Below, in pieces: positions 37,329 through 49,631 of a stretch of DNA of 64,000 nucleotides. The notes under the pieces were generated by a model, which was given only the letters and a program-made list of their open reading frames with translations, ran no database searches and was not told the origin of the DNA. The position numbers and the translations under genes were made by a program. The DNA comes from Malacoraja senta (lineage: Eukaryota), in NCBI GenBank assembly GCA_038087875.1, contig CM075996.1, positions 6,450,001 to 6,514,000 on the forward strand, in the 5' to 3' direction. Position 1 is the stretch's first letter, and each line of letters opens with the position of its first letter.

Positions 37329-39305
37329 CTAAGAGAGGTCCAGCTGGTAGACGGTGATGAACCCGTTGCCTTGGGTGATGACCAGGTTGTTGCAATTGTC
37401 GACAGTGATGACGCATGGTTTGCGAAGGCCGTCGGCGGAAGTCAGCAGCTCCTCCCTGAAGTCCCCGCCGGGCCAAAACAAGAGGATCCGTTTCCACTCG
37501 GTGACCAGAATATTGTCGTCTTTGTCCGTGCAGATGCTGTAGGGACTGATCGCCCGGTCCACTCCGTTCACGGTGACCTGGTCACAGGTAGTGAAGACGT
37601 AGCCGTCCCTGTTGAAGATCAGGATGCACTTCTTGCCGCAGTCGGCCACGATGAACCGCTCGTCGCTGTTGATGGCGAGGAAGAGGAAGCGCACCCCCTC
37701 GTATCCGCACGGCTTTACTCTGTTGAGCATCTTCCCGTTGATGTCGTACAGGGAGAGGGAGCACATGGAGCCCTCGCTCACCGCCACATATTCATCCCGG
37801 TAGGCGGCGATGTGGTAGACGGACTCGGAGCCGCGGAGCAAGAGCTTCCTCTGCATGGTCCCGCCCATGTCCAGCATGTACAGCCGGTTCCCAGACGAGC
37901 AGGCGATGGTGTCATCAAAGATGGCAACACTGCATGGATCGTCATCGTCCGGCAGTGAGATACTTATGGTATGGTCCCCGCAGTCGATGAAGCATTTCAG
38001 AAGGGAATTGGCTTCGTCCGCCACCACGATGATGCCGTCGTTGGAGACGCTGACGCTCGTCAGCTTCGCATCGCTCTTGTCACCACCCAGCTCCGTGTCG
38101 AAGCCATGCAGATTCCACGCCTTCTGCCTGGGTTGGGGAAGGGGCGCGACGGCCAGCGGGTTTTTCGCCGGGCTCTTGCGCGGCTTGTTTTTTGCTGGAG
38201 CGGCCAGGACCTTGGCGGCCGAGTCTTTGCCGAAGGTGATGCTGAAAAGGTTGGAGTGAGACAGCATGCTCTTGAGCGACTCGTTGACGGTCAGGCTGGG
38301 GCGGGTCTTCTTGTCGTCCGGGACCCTTGGAGCTTGGAGTCCATCGATCTGATCTTCCACGACGGACCGCAGGCAGACTATTTCCCTAATTTTACCGGAA
38401 TCCAGGACCCCCTGGGAAAATTCCCTGGTGTCCTTCGCCTTCTTGATCTTGAGCTGCAGATCATCCCGCGCGACCTTGTACAACTCTTCCTGCTCCCTGA
38501 CGTAATTGGAGAGCGTGTCCTTGATGGTTTCACCCTGTTTCATCAAGTTGTTTATGACCTCGGCCAGGGTGCACTCTATCATAGACATCAGAGATCTTTC
38601 CGTCGCCTTCATCCTCTCCATTGCCTGGACGATGTCGTCTTCCTGTTGGACCAGCGACTTTGTGTCAGTCTTCAGTCTCTCCATGAGATTCATCACCGTG
38701 GGTCTCGCTGTGGCCCCTGCCTTGGCCAGGGACACCTTTGAATGCTTGGCGTGGACGTGCGAGGAACAACTGCTGCAGATCACGCTGTTGCAGGTGTTAC
38801 AGAGATAGTCCACCAGGGTTCCTGGGTGACCCTGGCAGTAGATCATCTTCTGCATCCTTGTCTCTGCCTCGCAAGGGGCGGCGCTGTGACCGGGCAGATC
38901 TTCCAGCACGTGGCGTGGGTTGGCAGTCCTGTGGGTGAGTTTGCAAGGCGGGCAGAGGCACTTGAGGCAGGTTTTACACCGAGCCACGGCGGCAATCTCG
39001 CGGCGACCAGCAGTTGCGCACCAACTGCAGACCACCTTCTCGTTCTCCTTGCTCTTGAAGATATCCATCAGACTGTTGATGTGAAAGTTAGTTTTGAGTT
39101 TGCTGACGCCACCTCTCACGTCAAACTCTTCCCTGCACTCCGGGCACTGCACCTTCCGGTTTGACCTAACCATCTTCTCCAGGCACCCCTGGCAGTAGGT
39201 GTGGGCACAAGGCAGCATCTTGGGCTGCGTGAACCTACTGAGGCAGATCTTGCAGTTTAATAGATCGTTTTGTATCTGCTCCGTAATATCCCCCGACATG
39301 GCCAT
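37329..39305 (-). CDS. TRIM56-like: TRIM56-like E3 ubiquitin ligase copy 4, intact 658 aa
   Basis: Uninterrupted ORF with the same architecture. Acceptor AG at 39317-39318. Confidence 0.9.
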   Translation of the reverse strand: MAMSGDITEQIQNDLLNCKICLSRFTQPKMLPCAHTYCQGCLEKMVRSNRKVQCPECREEFDVRGGVSKLKTNFHINSLMDIFKSKENEKVVCSWCATAGRREIAAVARCKTCLKCLCPPCKLTHRTANPRHVLEDLPGHSAAPCEAETRMQKMIYCQGHPGTLVDYLCNTCNSVICSSCSSHVHAKHSKVSLAKAGATARPTVMNLMERLKTDTKSLVQQEDDIVQAMERMKATERSLMSMIECTLAEVINNLMKQGETIKDTLSNYVREQEELYKVARDDLQLKIKKAKDTREFSQGVLDSGKIREIVCLRSVVEDQIDGLQAPRVPDDKKTRPSLTVNESLKSMLSHSNLFSITFGKDSAAKVLAAPAKNKPRKSPAKNPLAVAPLPQPRQKAWNLHGFDTELGGDKSDAKLTSVSVSNDGIIVVADEANSLLKCFIDCGDHTISISLPDDDDPCSVAIFDDTIACSSGNRLYMLDMGGTMQRKLLLRGSESVYHIAAYRDEYVAVSEGSMCSLSLYDINGKMLNRVKPCGYEGVRFLFLAINSDERFIVADCGKKCILIFNRDGYVFTTCDQVTVNGVDRAISPYSICTDKDDNILVTEWKRILLFWPGGDFREELLTSADGLRKPCVITVDNCNNLVITQGNGFITVYQLDLS

Positions 39306-39341
39306 GATGACACAACCTGCAACAGATCAGAGGACACAATG

Positions 39342-40813
39342 TCAAGTCAAGTCACATTTATTTATATAGCACATTTAAAAAACAACTCTCGTTGGCCAAA
39401 GTGCTTTACATTTGTTATAAGAATAGCATAAACAAAACAAACTACATACATATATACATGTAGCCCTCACTCAGAGGACGTCAGGAAAGGCTTGGGAGTA
39501 TAGATAAGTTTTTAGTCTTGACTTAAAAGAGTCGATGGAGGGGGCAGTTCTGATGGGAAAGGGGATGCTGTTCCAGTCTAGGGGCTGCAACCGCAAAGGT
39601 GCGGTCGCCCCTGAGCTTATGCCTAGACCGTGGGATATTCAGCAACCCCAAGTCGGCCGATCTGAGGGGCCTGGAGGTGGAGTGGTGGGTGAGAAGACTT
39701 TTTATGTAGGTGGGGGCAAGCCCATTGAGGGCTTTGTAGACATGGAGGAGGATCTTGAAGTTTATACGGAACCGCACAGGGAGCCAGCGGAGAGAGGCCA
39801 GGATCGGGGTGATGTGGTCCCTTTTTCGGGTGCCCGTCAGGAGTCTCGCTGCGGCGTTTTGGACCAGTTGCAGGCGGGACAGGGAAGATTGCCTGATGCC
39901 AGTGTAAAGGGAGTTGCAGTAATCTAGGCAGGAGGAGATGAATGTGTGGATGATCTTTTCGAGGTCATCAAACTGGAGGAATTGTTTTATTTTAGCTATC
40001 GTCCGAAGCTGAAAGAAGCTAGCTTTTACCACGGCATTGACTTGTTTGTCAAATTTCAGTGTGAGTGAAATATCACGCCAAGGTTTATGACGTGAGGTTT
40101 GATTAGTGGGGTAAGGCTTCCAAGGCTGCCTATCATTTTGATTGAGTCCGAGGGGCCGAGAAGGATGACCTCAGACTTACTCTCGTTTAGTTGGAGGAAG
40201 TTCTGGGCCATCCAACACTTTATATCCTCGAGGCAGTGGGTAAGGTTAAGCAGATTTGATTGGTTTTTGGGCTTCAGGGGGAGATAGAGTTGTGTATCGT
40301 CTGCGTAGCAATGGAAGGAAATGCCGTGCCTTTCAATGACTTGGCCTAAGGGGAGCATATACAGGGAGAAGAGAATGGGGCCAAGGATGGAACCTTGTGG
40401 AACCCCACAGCAGAGATTAGCTGGGGAGGAGAAAGAGTTGCCTATGTTAGTCGAGAAACTCTTACCTTTGAGGTAGGAGATGAACCAGCTCAGGGCAGTG
40501 CCATCAAGACCAACCCCATACCGGAGACGGTCAATTAGGATGGTGTGGTCGACAGTATCAAATGCTGCGCTGAGGTCAAGAAGGAGCAGAATTGCACAGT
40601 CGCCGGAGTCAACGGTGAGCAGTAGGTCATTGTGTACCTTCAAGGCAGACTCTGTGCTATGGTGAGCCCTGAAATCTGATTGGAAAGTTTCCAAGATAGT
40701 GTTTTGGTGAAGGTAAGGTATAAGTTGACTTAAAATTACCTTTTCAAGGGCTTTTGAGAGGAAAGGCAGTTTAGAAATGGGTCTGTAGTTGCTTGGCAAG
40801 GTGGGGTCGAGGT
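39342..40813 (-). mobile_element. 5'-truncated L2 LINE at the 3' end of copy-4 intron 1
   Basis: RT motifs NYRPISKLPFLSK, LDLSAAFDTV, GVPQGSILGP, YADD; (GACTT)n tail; TSD ATG. Empty site GGACACAATGAGGTAG in copy 2. Confidence 0.92.
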
Positions 40814-41570
40814 ATGAGGTAGTTGAGGCTGGGACAATCCCAACGTTTTAAGAAACAGTTAGAGGGACTAGTGTAGCTGTGACATATTGGCCAGTGTGGG
40901 CAAGTTGAGCCAAAGGGCCTGTTTCCACACTATGAGAAGTTTGGTCACAGAAAGTTTGGGTTTTAAAATACAAGTCTGAGAATCAAGAATGTTTTATTGT
41001 CATATGTCCTAGATAGAATAATGAGATTCTTACTTGTTTTTACACGCACACATACATACACAGAAAAAACAAACAATAATACTCCACCACCGATTTTCTG
41101 GCAACTGGTGATCCAGCACCTCCTTTAATCCGGACAAAATGACCAGAGTGCACTTGAAACCTCCTCCCGGAAGTCCCCCCGAAAATGAAGCGCCTTGGCT
41201 GGGTGAGGCGGCCGATATCTACCTCATTGGGACTGTCACGGCCGATTAAACTTGCCCTCCTGCGGCTGTTTTTTTCTCATATAGATTCATTGTGGAAACA
41301 CGGCCCTTTGGCCCACCGCTCCGACTGCCGATCCCAGCTATCCTATCCCTTCACACACTAGGAACAATTTACAATTATACCAAGCCAATTAACCTGCAAA
41401 CATGTACGTCTTTGGAGTGTGGGAGGAAACCGGAGCATCCTGAGAAAACCCACGCTGGTCACGGGGAGAACGTACAAACTTCGCACAGACTGCACCCGTG
41501 GTCAGGATCGAACCCGGGTCTCTGGGGCTGTGAGGCAGCAACTCTACCGCTGCGCCACTGTGCCGCCACT

Positions 41571-42212
41571 TGAGAAAGTTTGATAGAATTAAAAGTTATA
41601 AAATGGATTCAGCTGTAGATTTAGAAGCAAAGAAACACTTTTCATCTTTCTCCTAATACACTAGCAAGGCTAGCAGAAAAGGCTTTCACCTTTCTCCTAT
41701 TACACTAACAAGGCTAACAAAGATGTTTTCACTATTCTTCCATAACACTAGCAAGATAACACTGCAACATCATTAATTTTTTCCTTTATGATATAAACAC
41801 CAGAAGCATGTTCAGACAACGGTTCTTTCCCTCTGTTCTACTGATTGCAATGTATAAACAATAGATCAACAAGGTCAAAAAACAAGAGTGCTTGAATCTG
41901 AAAAAAATAGCTTCTTTAGCATAACCATGTATGGGCTAACCTTTCCTATCTCGGAAGAACCTGTCAATCCTAACAAGCAAGAGGCTGTACAATGCTCTGT
42001 AAGATAAAGTATTGCTGAATCGTTGATTATTGGGGTATAAATATATCTAATTGAACATTACCCCTTTGTGTGGGGATAGTGTGAACCTATAGTCTGTATA
42101 TTACACACTGTAAGAGTTTACAGCCACACCCGCCTGGCGAAATAAAGATTTTACTACTTGATTATGAATTTTATTGTGTTTTTGTCTGTTTAAAGTGAAA
42201 CGAACCTTAACA
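41571..42212 (+). mobile_element. Solo LTR (642 bp)
   Basis: TG...CA termini, 4-bp TSD CACT (41567-41570 / 42213-42216), TATAAA at 42036, AATAAA at 42141. Empty site GCCGCCACTTACTCC in copies 1 and 3. Confidence 0.85.
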
Positions 42213-43570
42213 CACTTACTCCAGCCCAGTCAGAGCCGGCAGACCCATTCCCATAGCTGGCTTCCTAGGCCGACTTTTCGCCCCCCGCCGGCCGAGGTAG
42301 AATGTTCCAAGACCGTTAGACTCCTTTCGGAGGCCGTGACCTCTGTTGGTCCGGCAAAACAGATCATCCGGCAAGGCTCTGGAAGCAAGGGTGCCGGGAA
42401 ATCGGTGATGGACCTGTAATTGTTTAGATCAGAGCCCATTCATTCCACACAACTAGGCAGCACAGAGGTGCAGCTGGAAGAGCCGCTGCCTCACAGTGCC
42501 AGAGTCCCTGGGTTCAATCCCGACCTCGGGTGATCTCTGTGTGGAGTTTGCAAGTTCTCCCTATGACCACATAGTCGGGATCGAACCCGGAGTTCCTGGC
42601 GCTGTGAGGCAGCAACTCTACCAGGTGCACCACTGTTGAAATATTCTAAAAGATTTTCCTTTTGTATTCAGAGGAGTAATTTCTTCAGAGGTTATAATGT
42701 ACAAAGGGCAGCATGGTGGTGCAGCACTGTTCTGCCACAGCGGCAGAGACCCAGGTTCAATCCTGACGATGGGTGCTTTGTGTGGAGTTTGCTCGTGCTC
42801 CCTGTGACCGCGTGGGTTTCCTCCGGGTACTCCGGTTTCCTCCCGCATCCCACAGACATGCGGGTTTTTTGGGTTAATCGGCCATTTGTAAAATTGCCCC
42901 CAGTGTGTAGGGAGTGGATGAGAAATTGGGATAACATGGAACTATTGTTCAGTTCAGTCAGTTTAGTTCAGTTCATGTACAGTAAAAAGCTTTTGTGTGC
43001 TAACCAGTCAGCGGAAATACATGATTACAATCGAGCCATTTACAGTGTATGGATACATGATAAGTGAATAACGTTTAGTGCAAGGTAAAGTCAGTAAAGT
43101 CAGATCAAAGAGGGTCACTAAAGAGGTAGATGGTAGTTCAGGACTGCTCTCGAGTTGTGGTAAGATGATTCAGTTGCCTGATAACATAGAAACATAAAAA
43201 ATAGGTGCAGGAGGAAGCCATTTGGCCCTTCGAGCCAGCTCCGCCATTCATTGCGATCATGGCTGATCGTCCCCAATCAATAACCCGTGCCTGCCTTTTC
43301 CCCATATCCCATGATTCCACTAGCCCCATGAGCTCTAACTAACTCTCTCTTAAATTCATCCGGTGATTTGGCCTCCACTGCCCTCTGGCGGGGAATTCCA
43401 CAAATTCACAACTCTCTGGGTGAACAAGTATTTTCTCACCTCAGTCTTTAATGACCTCCCCTTTATTCGAAGACTGTGGCCCCTGGTTCTGGACTCGCCC
43501 AACATTGGGAACATTTTTCCTGCATCTAACTTGTCCAGTCCTTTTATAATTTTATAAGATCGCCCCTCAT

Positions 43571-46500
43571 AGAAACATAGAAAATAGGTGCAAGAGTAGG
43601 CCATTCGGCCCTTCGAGCCTGCACCGCCATTCAATATGATCATGGCTGATCATCCAACTCAGTATCCTGTACCTGCCTTCTCTCTATACCCCCTGATCCC
43701 TTTAGCCACAAGGGCCACATCTAACTCCCTCTTAAATATAGCCAATGAACTGACCTCAACTACTTTCTGTGGCAGAGAATTCCACAGATTCACCACTCTC
43801 TGTGTGAAAATTATTTTTCTCATCTCGGTCCTAAAAGACTTCCCCCTTATCCTTAAACTGTGACCCCTTGCTCTGGACTTCCCCAACATCGGGAACAATC
43901 TTCCTGCATCTAGCCGGTCCAACCCCTTAAGAATTTTGTAAGTTTCTATAAGATCCCCCCTCAATCTTCTAAATTCTAGCGAGTACAAGCCGAGTCTATC
44001 CAGTCTTTCTTCATATGAAAGTCCTGCCATCCCAGGAATCAGTCTGGTGAACCTTCTCTGTACACCCTCTAAGGTAAGAATGTCTTTCCTCAGATTAGGA
44101 GACCAAAACTGTACACTATACTCCAGGTGTGGTCTCACCAAGGCCCTGTACAACTGCAGCAGAACCTCCCTGCTGCTATACTCAAATCCTTTTGCTATGA
44201 ATGCTAACATACCATTCGCTTTCTTCACTGCCTGCTGCAGCTGCATGCCAATTTCAATGACTGGTGTACCATGACACCCAGGTCTCGTTGCATCTCCCCT
44301 TTTCCTAATCGTCCACCATTCAGATAATAGTCTACTTTCCTGTTCTTGCCACCAAAGTGGATAACCTCACATTTATCCACATTATACTGCATCTGCCCAG
44401 TCACGCATCCTATCCAAGTCACCTTGCAGCCTCCTAGCATCCTCCTCAGAGCTAACACTGCCCCCCAGCTTTGTGTCATCCGCAAACTTGGAGATGTTGC
44501 ATTCAATTCCCTCGTCCAAATCATTAATATATATTGTAAATAGCTGGGGTCCCAGCACTGAGCCTTGCGGTACCCCACTAGTCACTGCCTGCCATTCTGA
44601 AAAGGACCCGTTTACTCCTACTCTTTGCTTCCTGTCTGCCAGCCAGTTCTCTATCCACATCAATACTGAACCCCCAATACCGTGTGCTTTAAGTTTGCAT
44701 ACTAATCTCTTATGTGGGACCTTGTCGAAAGCCTTCTGAAAGTCCACATATAACACATCCACTGGTTCTCCCTTATCCACTCTACTAGTTACATCCTCGA
44801 AAAATTCTATAAGATTCGTCAGACATGATTTACCTTTCATAAATCCATGCTGACTTTCTCCAATGATTTCACCACTTTCCAAATGTGCTGCTATCCCATC
44901 TTTAATAACCGACTCTAGCATTTTCCCCACTACCGATGTTAGACTAACTGGTCTGTAATTCCCCATTTTCTCTCTCCTTCCCTTTTTAAAAAGTGGGGTT
45001 ACATTAGCTACCCTCCAATCATCAGGAACTACTCCAGAATCTAAAGAGTTTTGAAAAATTATCACTAATGCATCCACTATTTCTGGGGCTACTTCCTTAA
45101 GCACTCTGGGATGCAGCCTATCTGGCCCTGGGGATTTATCGGCCTTTAATCCATTCAATTTACCTAACACCACTTCCCGACTAACCTGGTTTTCACTCAG
45201 TTCCTCCATCTCATTTGACCCCCGGTCCCCTGCTATTTCCGGCAGATTATTTATGTCTTCCTTAGTGAAGACAGAACCAAAGTAGTTATTCAATTGGTTT
45301 GCCATGTCCTTGTTCCCCATGATCAATTCACCTGTTTCTGACTGCAAGGGACTTACATTTGTTTTAACTAATCTTTTTCTCTTCACATATCTATAAAAGC
45401 TTTTGCAGTTAGTTTTTATGTTCCCTGCCAGTTTTCTTTCATAATTTATTTTCCCTTTCCTAATTAAGCCCTTTGTCCTCCTCTGCTGGACTCCGAATTT
45501 CTCCCAGTCCTCTGGTAGGCTGCTTTTTCTGGCTAATTTGCATGCTTCATCTTTTGTTTTGATACTATCCCTGATTTCCCTTTTATCCACGGATGCACTA
45601 CCTTCCCTGATTTATTCTTTTGCCAAACTGGGATGAACAATTGTTGTAGTTCATCCATGCGGTCTTTAAATGCCTTCCATTGCATATCCACCGTCAACCC
45701 TTTAAGAATCAATTGCCAGTCTATCTTGGCCAATTCACGTCTCATACCCTCAAAGTTACCTTTCTTTAAGTTCACAACCCTTGTTTCTGAATTAACTATG
45801 TCACTCTCCATCCTAATGAAGAACTCAACCATATTATGATCACCCTTGCCCAAGGGGCCACGCACAACAAGACTGCTAACTAACCCTTCCTCATTACTCA
45901 ATACCCAGTCTAGAATAGCCTGCTCTCTCGTTGGTTCCTCTACATGTTGGTTTACAAAACTATCCCGCATACATTCCAAGAAATCCTCTTCCTCAGCACC
46001 CCTGCCAATTTGATTCAACCAATCTATATATAGATTGAAGTCACCCATTATAACTGTTTTACCTTTGTTGCACGCATTTCTAATTTCCTGTTTGATGCCA
46101 TCCCCAACTCCACTACTACTGTTAGGTGGCCTGTACACAACTCCCACTAGCGTTTTCTGCCCCTTAGTGTTTCGCAGCTCTACCCATATCGATTCCACAT
46201 CCTCCAAGCTAATGTCCTTCCTTTCTATTGCGTTAATCTCCTCTCTAACCAGCAACGCTACCCCACCTCCTTTTCCTTTCTGTCTATCCCCCCTGAATAT
46301 TGAATATCCCTGGATGTTCAGCTCCCAGCCTTGGTCACCCTGGAGCCATGTCTCCGTGATCCCAACTATATCATATTCATTAATAAATATCTGCACATTC
46401 AACTCATCCACCTTATTACGAATGCTCCTTGCATTGAGACACAAAGCCTTCAGGCTTGTTTTTACAACACTCTTAGGCAGTGAAGAAAGCAAATGGTATG

Positions 46501-48458
46501 TTAGCATTCATAGCAAAAGGATTTGAGTATAAGAGCAGGGAGGTTATACTGCAGTTGTACAGTGTCTTGGTGAGACCACACCTGGAGTATTGCGTACAGT
46601 TTTGGTCTCCTAATCTGAGGAAAGACATTCTTGCCATAGAGGGAGTACAGAGAAGATTCACCAGACTGATTCCTGGTATGGCAGGACTTTCATATGAGGA
46701 AAGACTGGATAGACTTGGCTTGTACACGTTGGAATTCAGAAGACTGAGGGGGGATCTTATAGAAACTTACAAAATTCTTAAGGGGTTGGACAGGCTAGAT
46801 GCAGGAAGATTATTCCTGATGTTGGGGAAGTCCAGAACTAGGAGTCACAGTTTAAGGATAAGAGGGAAGACTTTTAGGACCGAGACGAGGAAATCATTTT
46901 TTACACAGAGTGGTGAATCTGTGGAATTCTCTGCCACAGAAGGTAGTTGAGGCCAGTTCATTGGCTATATTTAAGAGGGAGTTAGATGTGGCCCTTGTGG
47001 CTAAAGGGGTCAGGGGGTATGGAGAGAAGGCAGGGATGGGATACCGAGTTGGATGATCAGCCATGATCATATCAAATGGCGGTGCAGGCTCGAAGGGCCG
47101 AATGGCCTACTCCTGCACCTATTTTCTACGTTTCTACCCCTTATACAATTATGTTGAAAAGTGGCCCTTTTTGATTTTTGCCCTGGATTTGTCTGCCTGC
47201 CACTTTTACTTTTCACCTTGTTACCTATTGCTTCTACCCTCATTTTACACCCATCTGTCTCTCTGCTCATGCTCCCATCCCCCTGCCACATTAGTTTAAA
47301 TCCTCCCCAACAGCACTAGCAAACACTCCCCCAAGGCTGGTTCCATTCCAGCCCAGGTGCAGACCGTCCTGTTTGTACTGGTCCCACCTCCCCCAGAACT
47401 GGTTCCAATTCCCTAGAAATTTGAATCCCTCCCCCTTGCACCATTTTTCAAGGCCCGTATTCATCTGAAATATCTTCCTATTTCTACTCTGACTAGCACG
47501 TGGCACTGGTAGTAATCCAGAGATTATTACCTTTGAGGTCCTACTTTTAAGTTTATCTCCTAGCACCCTAAATTCACCTTGTAGGACCTCATCCCGTTTT
47601 TTTACCTATATCGTTGGTGCCAATGTGCACCACGACAACTGACCCTTGCACCAGGGAGGCAACATACCATCCTGGAGTCTCGTTTGCGGCCGCAGAAACG
47701 CCTATCCCCCTTCCAATTGAATCCCCTATTACTATAGCCCTTCCACTCTTTTTCCTCCCCTCCTGTGCTGCAGAGCCACCCACGGTGCCATGAACTTGGC
47801 TGCTGCTGCCTTCCCCTGATGAGCAATCTCCCCTAACAGTATCCAAAATGGTATACCTGTTTAGGAGGGAGATGACCGCAGGGGACTCCTGCACTACATG
47901 CCTACTGCTATGCTGGCTAGTGGCCACCCGTTCCATTTCTGTCCACTTAACTTTTACCTGCGGTGTGGCCAACTCACTGTACGTGCTATTCACGACTTTC
48001 TCAGCATCGTGGATGCTCCAGTATGAATCCAACCGCAGCTCCAACTGTTCAATGCGGTCTGCCAGGAGCTGCAGCTGGACACACTTCCTGCGCACGTAGT
48101 CACCAGGGACACCGACAATATCCCTGATCTCCCACATGTTGCAGGATGAGCAATCCACGAAACCGATCTCAACTGACATGGCTTACCCCCACATTAAATC
48201 AACTCACTCCCACTATAAAAATCTTAATCCTTTAAACTGTACCTTTACTAAAAAGCACTGTACCCTTAACTCACTGTACCCTTAACTCACTGAACCCTTA
48301 ACTAAAAAGTACGAACAGAAAGCAGAAATACAAACCTGGGGTTACTCCCAAACAGCTGCTTCCTCTAGTCCGCTTCCACCAAACAGCGGCTTCCTCCGGA
48401 CCACTTCTTTTGAAGTGTGATGGAACGTTGCAGAGTGGGCGCTCCAACTGCTCCTGGG
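43571..48458 (-). mobile_element. Essentially full-length CR1 LINE nested in the outer CR1
   Basis: TSD CCTCAT (43565-43570 / 48459-48464). ORF1 ~47291-48179 has CxxC motifs and an SGNH esterase (VIGDS, HIGTND, DGLH). ORF2 has an APE endonuclease (45533-46470) and RT (43659-45590) with frameshifts. Confidence 0.92.
46476..47136 (+). mobile_element. CR1 3' fragment inserted antisense within the nested CR1
   Basis: KKANGMLAFIAKG..VRPHLEYCVQFWSP on the + strand, ending in a TTTCTA tail. It interrupts the ORF2 5' region. Confidence 0.88.
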
Positions 48459-49268
48459 CCTCATCCTTCTAAACTCCAGTGAATACGATCCTAGTCTTTT
48501 CAATCTTTCCTCATATGACAGTCCCGCCATCCCAGGGATCAATCTTGTGAACCTACTCTGCACTGCCTCAGTCACAAGGATGTCCTTCCTCAAATTAGGA
48601 GACCAAAACTGGACGCAATACTCCAGATGTGGTCTTACCAGAGCCCTATACAACTGCAGGAGAACCTCTCTACTCCTATACTGAAATCCTCTTGTTACGA
48701 AGGCCAACATTCCATTAGCTTTCTTCACTGCCTGCTGTACCTGTAAGCCAACTTTCAATGACCGGTGTACAAGGACACCCAGGTCGCGCTGTACCTCCCC
48801 CTTACCTAACCTAACCCCATTGAGATAATAATCTGCCCCCTTGTTTTTGCCACCAAAGTGGATAACCTCACATTTATCTATATTATACTGCATCTGCCAC
48901 GCATCTGCCCACTCACTCAACCTGTCCAGGTCACCCTGCAACCTCCTAACATCCTCTTCACAGTTCACACTGCCACCCAACTTTGTGTCATCCGCAAACT
49001 TGCTAGTGTTGCTCCTAATTCCCTCTTCCAAATCATTAATATATATGGTAAACAGTTGCAGCCCCAACACCGAGCCTTGCGGCACTCCACTCGCCACTGC
49101 CTGCCATTCTGAAAAGGACCCGTTCACTCCTACTCTTTGCTTCCTGTCTGCCAACCAATTTTATATCCACGTCAACACCCTACCCCCAATACCATGTGCT
49201 CTAATTTTAGTCACCAGCCTCCCGTGCGGGACCTTATCAAAGGCTTTCTGAAAGTCTAGAAACACTAC

Positions 49269-49631
49269 TTTGTATCTAGATAGACGACAGATGGCGCAAT
49301 GGGCTAAGTGTTCGGCTGGCAACCGGAAGGTAGCCGGTTCGAATCCCGCTTGGAGTGCATACTGTCGTTGTGTCCTTGGGCAAGACACTTCACCCACCTT
49401 TGCCTGCGTGTGAATGTGTGTGAATGTGTGTGAGTGATTGGTGGTGGTCGGAGGGGCCGTAGGCGCAGATTAGCAGCCACGCTTCCGTCAGTCTGCCCCA
49501 GGGCAGCTGTGGCTACAGAAGTAGCTCACCACCACCGAGTGTGACTGAGGAGTGAATGAATAATGCGATGTAAAGCGCCTTGAGTATTAGAAAGGCGCTA
49601 TATAAATCCAATCCATTATTATTATTATTAT
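49269..49631 (+). mobile_element. tRNA-head SINE with L2-type tail
   Basis: A box TGGCGCAATGG, B box GGTTCGAATCC, GTGTCCTTGGGCAAGACAC core, tail TGTAAAGCGCCTTGAG..AAAGGCGCTATATAAAT(ATT)n, short TSD TAC. Confidence 0.85.

Noticed and set aside
49283..49355. tRNA gene
   Set aside because: A and B boxes are present, but they run into a SINE body and L2 tail with no clean cloverleaf.
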